DNA of 64,000 bases, from NCBI GenBank assembly GCA_036229005.1, contig JAZAMN010000071.1, positions 32,001 to 96,000 on the forward strand. Direction: 5' to 3'. The stretch is from Myxococcota bacterium. Lineage in GTDB: Bacteria > Myxococcota_A > UBA796 > CAJQPC01. A program made the position numbers and the translations under genes. The notes below the pieces were generated by a model that did not search any database, was not told the origin of the DNA, and was given only the letters and a program-made list of their open reading frames with translations. Below are positions 56,044-64,000 of this stretch, in pieces; within the stretch, counting starts at the first letter, position 1, and each line of letters opens with the position of its first letter.

Positions 56044-56918
56044 CCGCCCAGCCGCTCCACCAACGCCCCCCGCAGCCGCTCCCCCACCGGGCCCAGCGGC
56101 CGATCTTCGCGCCAGCACAGGCTCAGGGGGAAGCGCTTGGGGCCCACCCCCGCCAGCTCCACCAGGCGCCTGGCCTCCAGCTCGCTCCGCACCAGATGCT
56201 GCGGCATCCAGCCCAGCCCCAGCCCGCGCACCAGGCCCTCGCGCTTGGCGGCGAAGTCCCCCACATAGAAGACCCGAGCGCCGGGGTTCAGGTTGGTGTC
56301 GCGGCTCCAGGTCTCCGGGTCGGAGTCGTGGACGGAGAGCTCCAGGTGGTGGGCGAGCTCGCTGGGAGACAGCGGAGCCTGGGCCACGGCGGGGTGCTCG
56401 GGGCAGGCCATCAGGCGGAAGTCCAGCTCCTGCAGAGGAACGACCTGCCAGCCCGGCCCGCTCACGGGGACCAGGGAGAGCATGAGGTCAGCGCCCAGCT
56501 CGTCAAAGCGGACGGGCACACCGCCCAGGTACTCGGTGCGGAGCTGGATGTGGGTGGGCAGGTCCTCGGCGCCCAGGGCATCGAGGGCCTCCAGCAGCGG
56601 GGCCATGGGGACCGCGCCGTCCACGACGACCTGCAGACGGGGCTCGAAGCCCTGGCCCAGGCGCGCGCCCAGAGCCTCCATGCGCCGGGCTCTGGACAGC
56701 AGCAGACGTGCCTCACCCAAGATCACCCGTCCTGCCGATGTGAGCTGTGCCCGGTGGCCCGAGCGGTCGAACAACGCGACCCCGAGCGCACCCTCGAGCT
56801 GCTTGACGTTGTAGCTGACGGCCGACTGGACCTTGCCCAGACGCCGCGCCGCCGCCGAGAAGCTGCCCGCCTCCGCAATGGCCACCAGGGCCTGCGCGCC
56901 CTCCAGGGTCACATCCAT
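56019..56918 (-). CDS. LysR-type transcriptional regulator, divergent from hmgA-hppD
   Basis: IAEAGSFSAAARRL...QSAVSY.VKQLE..LG..LFDR....LT.AG. Confidence 0.95.
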   Translation of the reverse strand: MDVTLEGAQALVAIAEAGSFSAAARRLGKVQSAVSYNVKQLEGALGVALFDRSGHRAQLTSAGRVILGEARLLLSRARRMEALGARLGQGFEPRLQVVVDGAVPMAPLLEALDALGAEDLPTHIQLRTEYLGGVPVRFDELGADLMLSLVPVSGPGWQVVPLQELDFRLMACPEHPAVAQAPLSPSELAHHLELSVHDSDPETWSRDTNLNPGARVFYVGDFAAKREGLVRGLGLGWMPQHLVRSELEARRLVELAGVGPKRFPLSLCWREDRPLGPVGERLRGALVERLGGHPGSNAR

Positions 56919-56931
56919 CTATTTTCCTGAT
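56917..56931. promoter_or_regulatory. Putative LysR-type binding box (ATC-N9-GAT, T-N11-A)
   Basis: ATCtattttcctGAT in the AT-rich lysR/hmgA divergent region, overlapping the lysR start codon. Confidence 0.55.
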
Positions 56932-57000
56932 TGAGTCCAGCAGAATGTATCGCTTTTCATCAGGAGGCGGGGGGCGTATTGCAGGGGTCCTGGAGGCCCC

Positions 57001-58101
57001 ATGTACTTCTCCCAAGGGCGCGTCACGCGGCAGGCCCACGTGGACATCCCCGATGGCACGGTCGAAGAGGAATACGCCCGCAAGGGCTTCTTTGGCCGCA
57101 CCAGCCACATCTACCGCTCCAAGCCCCCCGTGGACTGGGTCAAGATCGACGGCCCCCTGCGCCCCCACGCGCTGATGACCGACAAGCTCCCCGGCGTCGG
57201 CGGCGACTGGCTCAGCGGCCGCGTCCCCTTCCTCTACAACGACGAGGTCGTGCTGGCCTGGGCGGAGCTCTCCGAGCCCATGCCCTACTACTTCCGGAAC
57301 GCCGACGGCGACGAGGTCCTGTTCATCCACCGCGGCGCCGGCCGCCTGGAGACCGACTTCGGCAACCTGGAGTACGAGAAGGGCGACTACCTGGTGATCC
57401 CGCGGGGGACGGTCTACCGCCTGGACCCCTCGGCCCTCACCAAGGTCCTGGTCATCGTGTCCCGAGACGAGGTGCGGATCCCCGACCGCGGCATCGCTGG
57501 CGCCCACGCGCTCTTCGACCCCAATGTCCTCGACGTGCCCAAGCTGGGTCCGGTGCCTGAGCCGGATCGGTCCTGGGAGTTGAAGATCCAGCGTCTGGGG
57601 CAGATCACCACCCTCACCTACCCCCACAACCCCATCACGACCGTGGGCTGGCGGGGGGACCTGACGGTGTGGCGCTTGAACGTTCGCGACATCCGCCCGA
57701 TGATGAGCGAGCGCTACCACCTGCCGCCGACCGCGCACATCACCTGGATCATGGACAGCGTCGTGATCTGCAGCTTCCTGCCGCGCGGCCTGGAGACTGG
57801 GGACCCGGGCGCCCTCAAGGTGCCCTTCTTCCACTCGAACATCGACTTTGACGAGGTGCTCTTCTACCACGACGGCAGCTTCTTCTCGCGCGAGGGGATC
57901 GACGCCGGGATGGTGACCTTCCACCCCCAGGGCATCCACCACGGCCCCCAGCCGGGTGCGGTCAAGGCTGCAGTGGATAAGGAGCGCACCGACGAGCAGG
58001 CCGTGATGGTCGACACCCGACACCCCTTGCACCTGACCGAGGCCGGAGAGCTCGCTGAGCGCCCGGACTACTGGCAATCCTGGATGGAGAACAGAAAGTG
58101 A
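57001..58101 (+). CDS. hmgA: Homogentisate 1,2-dioxygenase
   Basis: EE...GFFG..S.IY; RNADGDE.LF.H.G.G...T.FG; GDY.VIPRG; GW.G; PFFHSNID.DE.LFY; T.HP.GI.HGP.P; AVM.DT. Confidence 0.92.
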   Translation: MYFSQGRVTRQAHVDIPDGTVEEEYARKGFFGRTSHIYRSKPPVDWVKIDGPLRPHALMTDKLPGVGGDWLSGRVPFLYNDEVVLAWAELSEPMPYYFRNADGDEVLFIHRGAGRLETDFGNLEYEKGDYLVIPRGTVYRLDPSALTKVLVIVSRDEVRIPDRGIAGAHALFDPNVLDVPKLGPVPEPDRSWELKIQRLGQITTLTYPHNPITTVGWRGDLTVWRLNVRDIRPMMSERYHLPPTAHITWIMDSVVICSFLPRGLETGDPGALKVPFFHSNIDFDEVLFYHDGSFFSREGIDAGMVTFHPQGIHHGPQPGAVKAAVDKERTDEQAVMVDTRHPLHLTEAGELAERPDYWQSWMENRK

Positions 58102-59147
58102 GCGAGCTGTACACCGAGAGCAACCCCCTGGGCATGCTGGGCATCGACTTCATCGAGTTCACCAGCCCCGACCCCAAGTGGCTGGACGAGCTGTGGACCG
58201 CCTTCGGCTTCTCCCGCATTCTGCAGTCCGAGGACGGCAAGCTGGAGGCCTACGCCCAGAACGACATCCAGATCCTGGTCAACCAGCGCGACGGCGAGTT
58301 CACCGCCGAGTTCCGCAAGGCACACGGCCCCAGCTGCTCGGCCATGGGCTGGCGCGTCCAGGACCCCCAGCGCTCCTTTGACGAGGCCCTCAAGCGCGGC
58401 GCCAAGAGCGCCATGGACGTCAAGCGCGCCTTCGGCGATGTCCCCGCCATCTACGGCATCGGCGAGAGCCTGATCTACTTCATCGGCCCCGACGACGCGG
58501 CCGGCGGGCTGTTCAAGCGCACCCTCAAGCCCCACGACGACCCCCGCCTGGTGCCGGAGAAGGGCTTTTTGGCCGTCGACCACCTGACCAACAACGTCTA
58601 CAAGGGGACCATGGCCAAGTGGTCGGACTTCTACAAGGACGTGTTCGGCTTCACCGAGGTCCGCTACTTCGACATCCGCGGCGCCAAGACCGGCCTGACC
58701 AGCTACGCGCTGCGCAGCCCCGACGGCAGCTTCTGCATCCCCATCAACGAGGGCACCGAGGCCGCCTCCCAGATCGACGAGTACCTGCGCGAGTACAAGG
58801 GCCCGGGCGTGCAGCACATCGCCTTCCTGACCCGCGACCTGCTGGCCAGCCTGGACACGATGGAGGGCGGCCCCATCCAGACCCTGGACATCGACGACGA
58901 GTACTACGCCGAGGTCTTCGACCGGGTGCCCGGAGTCCGCGAGAACCCCGCCCGCATCAAGCACCACAACGTGCTCGTGGACGGGGACGAGGAGGGCTAC
59001 CTGCTGCAGATCTTCACGAAGAACCTCATCGGGCCCATCTTCATCGAGATGATCCAGCGCGAGAACCACCTGGCCTTCGGCGAGGGCAACTTCGGCGCGC
59101 TGTTCCGCAGCATCGAGCGCGACCAGGAGCGCCGCGGCGTCCTCTGA
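58098..59147 (+). CDS. hppD: 4-hydroxyphenylpyruvate dioxygenase
   Basis: NPLG..G.DFIEF; DHLTNNV; IPINE; SQIDEYL..Y.GPGVQHIA; LLQIFT; PIF.E.IQR....FGEGNF.ALF.SIE.DQ.RRG. Confidence 0.97.
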   Translation: MSELYTESNPLGMLGIDFIEFTSPDPKWLDELWTAFGFSRILQSEDGKLEAYAQNDIQILVNQRDGEFTAEFRKAHGPSCSAMGWRVQDPQRSFDEALKRGAKSAMDVKRAFGDVPAIYGIGESLIYFIGPDDAAGGLFKRTLKPHDDPRLVPEKGFLAVDHLTNNVYKGTMAKWSDFYKDVFGFTEVRYFDIRGAKTGLTSYALRSPDGSFCIPINEGTEAASQIDEYLREYKGPGVQHIAFLTRDLLASLDTMEGGPIQTLDIDDEYYAEVFDRVPGVRENPARIKHHNVLVDGDEEGYLLQIFTKNLIGPIFIEMIQRENHLAFGEGNFGALFRSIERDQERRGVL

Positions 59148-59164
59148 GCCTGAACGCGTGACCG

Positions 59165-59203
59165 AACGGCCCGCTCCAGGGAGACCTGGGGTGGGCCGTT
59201 TTC
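59165..59203 (+). terminator. Rho-independent terminator after hppD
   Basis: AACGGCCCGCTCCAGG-GAGA-CCTGGGGTGGGCCGTT then TTC. Confidence 0.75.
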
Positions 59204-59221
59204 GCTCTGCCCCCTTGCCGC

Positions 59222-59486
59222 GAGCGAGCGTGGCTACGGGACCTGAATGAGCGACCCGCCGAGGCTACGGGACCTGAATGAGCGGCCTGTGGAGGCTACG
59301 CCCCACCGGTGAGCGATCGGCTCACCGATCCCGCCCGAAAAGGGCCAGAATCGCCCGATTCGGGCCCAAAACCCCCGGAAACCCCTCCGAACGGTCTCCG
59401 ATTCGCTCACTGAGTCCCCGTAGCCTCGAGGAACCGCTCACTCACCCCTCGTAGCCTCACCCCATCGCTCATTCACAGCCGGTAGC
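59222..59486. repeat. Inverted-array element 3: 3 x 31-bp repeats, spacer, 3 x 31-bp inverted repeats
   Basis: GGCTACG at 59232/59263/59294 (each followed by TGAGCG); CGCTCA at 59404/59435/59466 (each followed by GTAGCC); last unit overlaps the stop at 59469. Confidence 0.85.
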
Positions 59487-60410
59487 CCCCCAGCAGCCCT
59501 CCCCGTCCTCCACCAGCTCCGGCACGCTCGTCCACACCACGTTGCCCTGCTCCACGTGGTGGTCGATCTCCCCCAGCCACTGGGAGAGCAGCCCTCGGTG
59601 GGGCGTCTGCCCGTAGGACCACACGATGCCCAAGTGGTTGGGCTGTCCGGGCTGCGCGTGCTCCATCGCGGCGGCCAGGGTGTAGCGGAAGGCCTCCAGA
59701 TCGGCCTCGTTGAAGTCGCAGGCGCCGGCGGTTTCGTCCTCGCGGAGCTGCTCGTCCAGGCAGCTCAGGTTGCCGGCGGCGGGCAGGATCCACAACCCTT
59801 CGTCCGCCGGTTCCAGCCAGGTGCCACCATCCGCCGCCCGCCAGGGGTCGAGCTGCTCGGCGATGTGCCCCGGGAAGGGCCGATGGCACTCCGAAGGGGT
59901 GGTGCACGCGTCGATGTACGGCGGCGGCGACTCCAGCGACTTGAGGCAGTACTCGACGGTGTCCGTGGCCGCCAAAAAGCCCGCCTCCTGCACCCCGGAG
60001 ACCCAGTCCAGCTCCGAGCACACCCCGGAGACATGCACCGCATCGACCCCCTGAGCGGCCAGGGCCTCCCGCAGGCGCACCAGGTCGCCCACGAACTCCT
60101 CCTCCGTCAGGTCGGGCTGCCCGCCCCGGTCCGCGTGGATCCCGATGGCGTGCCCCTGCTCCTGCAGCTCCAGCAGCACCGGGTCCTCCCAGCGCGTCAT
60201 CGCCCCGATCAGGTCCTTCGCGTCCAGGGTCAGCACCGCGCCGTGCGCCGCGAACTGCTCGCCCGTCAGCCGCAGGTTGTGGGCCTGCGTCTCGAAGGCC
60301 TCCTGGTCCGTCAGGACCGGGATCCCCTCCAGGTGCATCGCCAGCGTGAGCTTCACCACCGGCTCCGTCCCTCGCCTCGCGGGCGCGCAAGCCAACAGCA
60401 GCCAGATCAA
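59469..60410 (-). CDS. Lipoprotein, possibly polysaccharide-deacetylase (NodB)-like barrel
   Basis: (M)IWLLLAC lipobox; MHLE, GH.IGIH motifs; C-terminal V.W....E. Confidence 0.5.
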   Translation of the reverse strand: MIWLLLACAPARRGTEPVVKLTLAMHLEGIPVLTDQEAFETQAHNLRLTGEQFAAHGAVLTLDAKDLIGAMTRWEDPVLLELQEQGHAIGIHADRGGQPDLTEEEFVGDLVRLREALAAQGVDAVHVSGVCSELDWVSGVQEAGFLAATDTVEYCLKSLESPPPYIDACTTPSECHRPFPGHIAEQLDPWRAADGGTWLEPADEGLWILPAAGNLSCLDEQLREDETAGACDFNEADLEAFRYTLAAAMEHAQPGQPNHLGIVWSYGQTPHRGLLSQWLGEIDHHVEQGNVVWTSVPELVEDGEGCWGATGCE

Positions 60411-60506
60411 GGGACCCTCCAGGTCAGCCCCGCCAGTCTCTCACGCCGGCCCAACAAGCCTGTCGGATAATGAAGGGGACGTTTTGGCCCTTGGGGGGAC
60501 AGCACC

Positions 60507-60956
60507 ATGACCAACCCACTCCACACTCGCGCACCCGCCGCTGGCGTACTCGCCGCCCTCGCCCTCGCCTGTGGCGCACCGGAGCTCAAGCGCGCCGGGC
60601 CCTTCCCCCCCGACGACGCCCACGCCTTCGAGATCGCCCACACCACGCTCCCAGTCGACGCAACCGGGATCCGCTACGAGGGCTCGCAAGGCATCGACTG
60701 GGTGCTGGAGCTGGAGTTCCGACTGCCAAGCCCGGAGCGCGCGCGAGCCTGGGTGGGGCAGGACCTGTGCACGCCAAACCCTGTGGCCACAGACTTCGCA
60801 CACACGAGCGTCTCGACCTCCCCCGACTGGTTCGGCGAACCCCTCCCCGACGGCTGGGGCTGCACCTTCGGAGAGCGCCCAGGGTTCTGGGGAACCGCCC
60901 GGATCGACACCCTGGACAGCGGAGAGGCGCGCATCCAGCTCTCCCTGGTCGACTGA
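60507..60956 (+). CDS. Lipoprotein family paralog A (putative immunity protein)
   Basis: LALAC lipobox; AF.....LP.DA..I.YEG..G.D....LEF......A..WV...L.C...DW...GC...RID.L.SG..R.Q.S. Confidence 0.75.
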   Translation: MTNPLHTRAPAAGVLAALALACGAPELKRAGPFPPDDAHAFEIAHTTLPVDATGIRYEGSQGIDWVLELEFRLPSPERARAWVGQDLCTPNPVATDFAHTSVSTSPDWFGEPLPDGWGCTFGERPGFWGTARIDTLDSGEARIQLSLVD

Positions 60957-61017
60957 GGCGGCCCCGGCGCCTGTCTCTGCTACTGTCGAGGGGACTCTTT
61001 GGCCCTTGGGGGGGCAC

Positions 61018-62001
61018 ATGGCACAACAACAGGACCGCAAGGGCACCCACACACCCGCGACACCGTCGCCCGCCAGCGAGGACACGCTGGTGCAGGCCGG
61101 GCTGGATCCCGCCCTGGCGGCGGCCTTGTTGCAGCAGAACCCGCTGGCCGTCCAAGCGGTCGCAGGGCTGGTGGACAACAGCCTCATCGCGGAATCGCTC
61201 GGCCTGAATCGGGATCAAGCTCCCGATGCGGCCACCAATCAATCGACCCCCTCGCCGTCCAGTGACGGCGAGATCGCAGGCGAGCAAGAAACCGAGGAAA
61301 AAGACCCGGCCCAGGAGCGCCCAGGTCAGGGCTCCGGAGAGCATGGGCGCCTGGACCCGACGGCGGCGGACTACGCCAACAAGCAATTCTGGCGCTACGT
61401 GGCCAACCACGCGTTCGCGATGGGACTGCCAAACGCCTCCGCGCACATGCATCACTACCTGGACAATACGGGCGCAGAGAAGGAGGTGGATCTGGATGCG
61501 ATCGAGCGGTGGGTGCCCCTCTTTCGCGAGAACCTGGCCAAGATTGAAAGCGAGGTGCTCATCAACGCGTTCTGGAACATCGCTGACTACGATGGATCAA
61601 GGCAGGTTCATTGGAGCATTTCGAGCTGGAAATCCGGCAAGGACTCCTACATCGACTTGGCTGACTCACCGGATTGGTTCTTCGCGATGGGTGGGAACAG
61701 TCATGGTCTTGAAGCCACAGCCTTCTTCACTCCCTACGTCGGAGCTTCTCCTGCGGGCCTACTCGAAATCGAGGGCCGATGGCACTTGGAGGATGTCTAC
61801 GACTGGGACGCTGGGAAGAGCACCGAGATCCTTGGGGTCGAGGTCAATGACGAGACTCTTGGCAGGTTGCATGAGGTGGGCTTGGCCAAGGAGTTCGCGA
61901 TCTGGGGAAGCCGCCCTTTCTCCGTCGCTATGGAGACCTCCGACAATCAACGCCAGTCCATGCTGCAGCTCCGAACCAGACTGGACAGTGAGGAGGGTTG
62001 A
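61018..62001 (+). CDS. Hypothetical effector/toxin-like protein
   Basis: ATG 61018; low-complexity N-terminus; globular C-terminal domain (PNASAHMHHYLDNTG...DWFFAMG...DVYDWD.GK...LHEVGLAKEF); visibly more AT-rich than its neighbours. Confidence 0.7.
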   Translation: MAQQQDRKGTHTPATPSPASEDTLVQAGLDPALAAALLQQNPLAVQAVAGLVDNSLIAESLGLNRDQAPDAATNQSTPSPSSDGEIAGEQETEEKDPAQERPGQGSGEHGRLDPTAADYANKQFWRYVANHAFAMGLPNASAHMHHYLDNTGAEKEVDLDAIERWVPLFRENLAKIESEVLINAFWNIADYDGSRQVHWSISSWKSGKDSYIDLADSPDWFFAMGGNSHGLEATAFFTPYVGASPAGLLEIEGRWHLEDVYDWDAGKSTEILGVEVNDETLGRLHEVGLAKEFAIWGSRPFSVAMETSDNQRQSMLQLRTRLDSEEG

Positions 62002-62063
62002 ATGACTTCCAACATCGTGCCCATTTCTGCCATCCGCTGCATCCAAGAGCCAGCGAGGACTCC

Positions 62064-62492
62064 ATGATCTCCCTCCTCGGTCTCCTGGGTCTCCTCCTGG
62101 TTGGAGGCTTCATCGCAAGCCAGGTCCGCTGCGCCGGGCCCTTCCCCCGCGACGACGCCCACGCCTTCGAGATCGCCCACACCACGCTCCCAGCCGACGC
62201 GACGCAGATCCAGTACGAAGGCTCCCAGGGGATCGACTGGCTGCTCCTGTTGGAGTTCCAGCAGCCCAGCATGGAGCGAAGCCGGGCGTGGGTTGAGGCT
62301 GAACTGGGCTGCTCCCCCGACGCGGTGGATCTCCGCTTTGGAGACGGCGGGGGCTCTCCGGAGTGGTGGGGAGACCCGCGGCCAGGAGGGATTGGCTGCA
62401 CGGTCCGCGAGCCGCCTGGCTTCGATCTCAAAGTCCGTATCGACGCCCTGGAGAGTGGACGGTCCCGCGTTCAGATCTCCGTGGTCGACTGA
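62064..62492 (+). CDS. Lipoprotein family paralog B
   Basis: GAGG RBS; shares AGPFPxDDAHAFEIAHTTLPxDATxIxYEGSQGIDW with paralog A. Confidence 0.8.
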   Translation: MISLLGLLGLLLVGGFIASQVRCAGPFPRDDAHAFEIAHTTLPADATQIQYEGSQGIDWLLLLEFQQPSMERSRAWVEAELGCSPDAVDLRFGDGGGSPEWWGDPRPGGIGCTVREPPGFDLKVRIDALESGRSRVQISVVD

Positions 62493-62565
62493 CTGCGAGC
62501 CTGTCCTCGCTGGCGGGCTCAGGTGCAAGGATGGCCGAGGGCCAAGGGGTGGCAAGGTGAACCGC

Positions 62566-63009
62566 ATGATCCGCTGCGTACTGGCCACCGGCGCGCTCCT
62601 GGCGCTGGCCTGCGGCCCCTACCCCTCCTACGTCTCCTGTGGAGACCCCTACGACACCCAACAGGAGGCCTTCGCGTTTCTTGGCGTCCAGCAACCGCCC
62701 AGCATCCGCGAAGCCCAGTGGGAGGTGGACAGCCGCTCTCAGGACCCCACCCTGGCGATGGGGTTCCTGCTGGACAGCCCAGAGCAGGCCCAAGAATGGG
62801 TCCGCGCCGAGCTGGGCTGCGAGCCGCTCGCGGAGCTGGCGCACAGCGCCTCACCGACCGTCCGCGGGGTGGACTGGTGGGTCCCGGCTGCCCCCGAAGG
62901 GTCCACAGGCTGCAGCTTCGGCGACCCCCAAGCCCTGGGCGGCAGCGTCCGCGTAGACCCGCTCCCCAGCGGCGAGGCCCGGGTCCAGATCCGCGCGATG
63001 TGGCGATAG
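62566..63009 (+). CDS. Lipoprotein family paralog C
   Basis: LLALAC lipobox; AF...WVRAELGCEP...DWW.P..P....GC...VRVDPLPSGEARVQI. Confidence 0.75.
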   Translation: MIRCVLATGALLALACGPYPSYVSCGDPYDTQQEAFAFLGVQQPPSIREAQWEVDSRSQDPTLAMGFLLDSPEQAQEWVRAELGCEPLAELAHSASPTVRGVDWWVPAAPEGSTGCSFGDPQALGGSVRVDPLPSGEARVQIRAMWR

Positions 63010-63025
63010 CGGCCCCTCGCCGGCG

Positions 63026-63433
63026 CTAGGACGCCCTCGCAAAGGGGGCCCGATCCGGCGGCAGGATCGCCTCCCGCGCCTGTCGGGTGTCCAGCAGCTC
63101 CGGGCTGTAGTGACGATGGACCTGCCCCAGGAAGTCCTGCACGAGCTCGGGGTTGTCCGCCAGGAAGGCGTCGAAGTCCTGGCCCGGCTCCATCCCCGCG
63201 TACACCCGGTCCACGCCAGCGGCCGTGAGGCTGTGGTGGAACATCTCCGGCAGCCCCGCCGCGCAGGTGTAGCCGCGCAGCAGAGAACAGCACTCGGCGA
63301 GCGCGCCATCGTAGCCATGCCGCCGAAGCAGCAGCCAGGTCAGGCGCAGGTGGCTGCGGTGGCTGAAGTCCACCAGGGGGAGGGTGGCGTCGCGCAGGCT
63401 CTGGAGGAAGGTGTCGTCGTCCATCCCCGCCAT
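63026..63433 (-). CDS. Conserved-looking His-rich hypothetical protein
   Basis: FL......LP..DF.H..HLR..W; FHHSLT; HYSPELL....AR.....PD. Confidence 0.65.
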   Translation of the reverse strand: MAGMDDDTFLQSLRDATLPLVDFSHRSHLRLTWLLLRRHGYDGALAECCSLLRGYTCAAGLPEMFHHSLTAAGVDRVYAGMEPGQDFDAFLADNPELVQDFLGQVHRHYSPELLDTRQAREAILPPDRAPFARAS

Positions 63434-63574
63434 CCTATCCAAGCGCAGCGCCACCCGAAGGGTGGTCCAGGTCAGGTTCAGGTGTCGGTCGCGCTGCTGG
63501 TGTCCTCGCTGGCGGGCGCAGGTGCAAGGATGGAGGAGGGCCCCGCGTTCAGAAGGTGGACCCAAGGAGCTCTC

Positions 63575-64000
63575 GTGAAGTCCAGCCTCCTCTCCTCAAC
63601 CCTCCTGGCTCTGGCTTGCGGCGGGCCTCTGGTGACCTTCCCCGCAGACGAGGACAGCGCGTTCAAGGACGCGCGGGTGCCCAAGCCGGCGCAGGCGCAG
63701 GAGATCCACTACGCGGGGGAGGCGGGCCTTGACCACGCCATCGACCTGCAGTTCCTGATGCCCGACCGGGCGGGTCTGGAGGGCTGGCTGGCCGAGATCG
63801 ACTGCGTCCCCACCGCCCTGGAGTCCGGGGACAACGCGCCATTCTCGGATCGCACCTTCCCCGAGGCGAAGGACTGGTGGGTGCCTGCAGCGCCGGCCGA
63901 CGCGCAGGTCTGCCCGCACCTGGAGGCCCCCGGCTACGTGCGCGATGTGCGCCTGGATCCGCTGCCCGGCGGGGTGTGGCGGGTGCAGGTCTCGATGTTC
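63575..64000 (+). CDS. Lipoprotein family paralog D (runs off the window end)
   Basis: AGGAG RBS, GTG; my translation: MKSSLLSSTLLALAC...FPADEDSAF...IHYAGEAGLD...WLAEIDC...DWWVPAAP...C...VRLDPLPGG.WRVQVSMF. Confidence 0.75.
   Translation, partial: MKSSLLSSTLLALACGGPLVTFPADEDSAFKDARVPKPAQAQEIHYAGEAGLDHAIDLQFLMPDRAGLEGWLAEIDCVPTALESGDNAPFSDRTFPEAKDWWVPAAPADAQVCPHLEAPGYVRDVRLDPLPGGVWRVQVSMF

Noticed and set aside
56019..59147. lysR-hmgA-hppD as a novel system
   Set aside because: Ordinary tyrosine catabolism; the downstream enzymes are probably encoded elsewhere
62511..62528. TGGC...TGCA in the paralog C/D leader as a sigma-54 promoter
   Set aside because: Spacing is GG-N11-GC rather than the required GG-N10-GC

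Overview
High-GC bacterial DNA that looks Myxococcota-like (two MYXO-CTERM-type sorted surface proteins, many acidic DxDxDG/MopE-repeat lipoproteins). About 50 genes are supported; I found no rRNA, tRNA, CRISPR array, integrase or transposase. Left to right: an M1-peptidase-like protein lacking its Zn ligands; two tandem H-NOX + HNOBA hybrid histidine kinase cassettes; surface proteins around glycosyltransferases (one a GT4/pyruvyltransferase/methyltransferase/TPR fusion); a NarX-like kinase; an archaeal-AglB-like STT3 oligosaccharyltransferase divergent from a DPM1-like GT2; an AGCS symporter with a baseplate-J-like insert; NhaC; and a LysM/HEXXH protein. The best candidate for an undescribed system is a five-gene operon (29626-34034, minus strand). 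In it a DUF692/MNIO iron enzyme follows three paralogous Tat-exported ~250-aa proteins sharing a C-terminal GAHWAxxxGCGT-x12-CGMGHVP motif, its putative substrates. Further right are SDR, MqnB-like, DnaQ-like, OmpA, trmB, TMEM43, sulfatase, spondin, an XPB-like helicase with DUF790, lysR-hmgA-hppD, and a toxin/immunity-like array. Three ~270-bp elements made of inverted arrays of 31-bp tandem repeats lie at gene 3' ends. All family calls come from reading motifs by eye, not from database searches.
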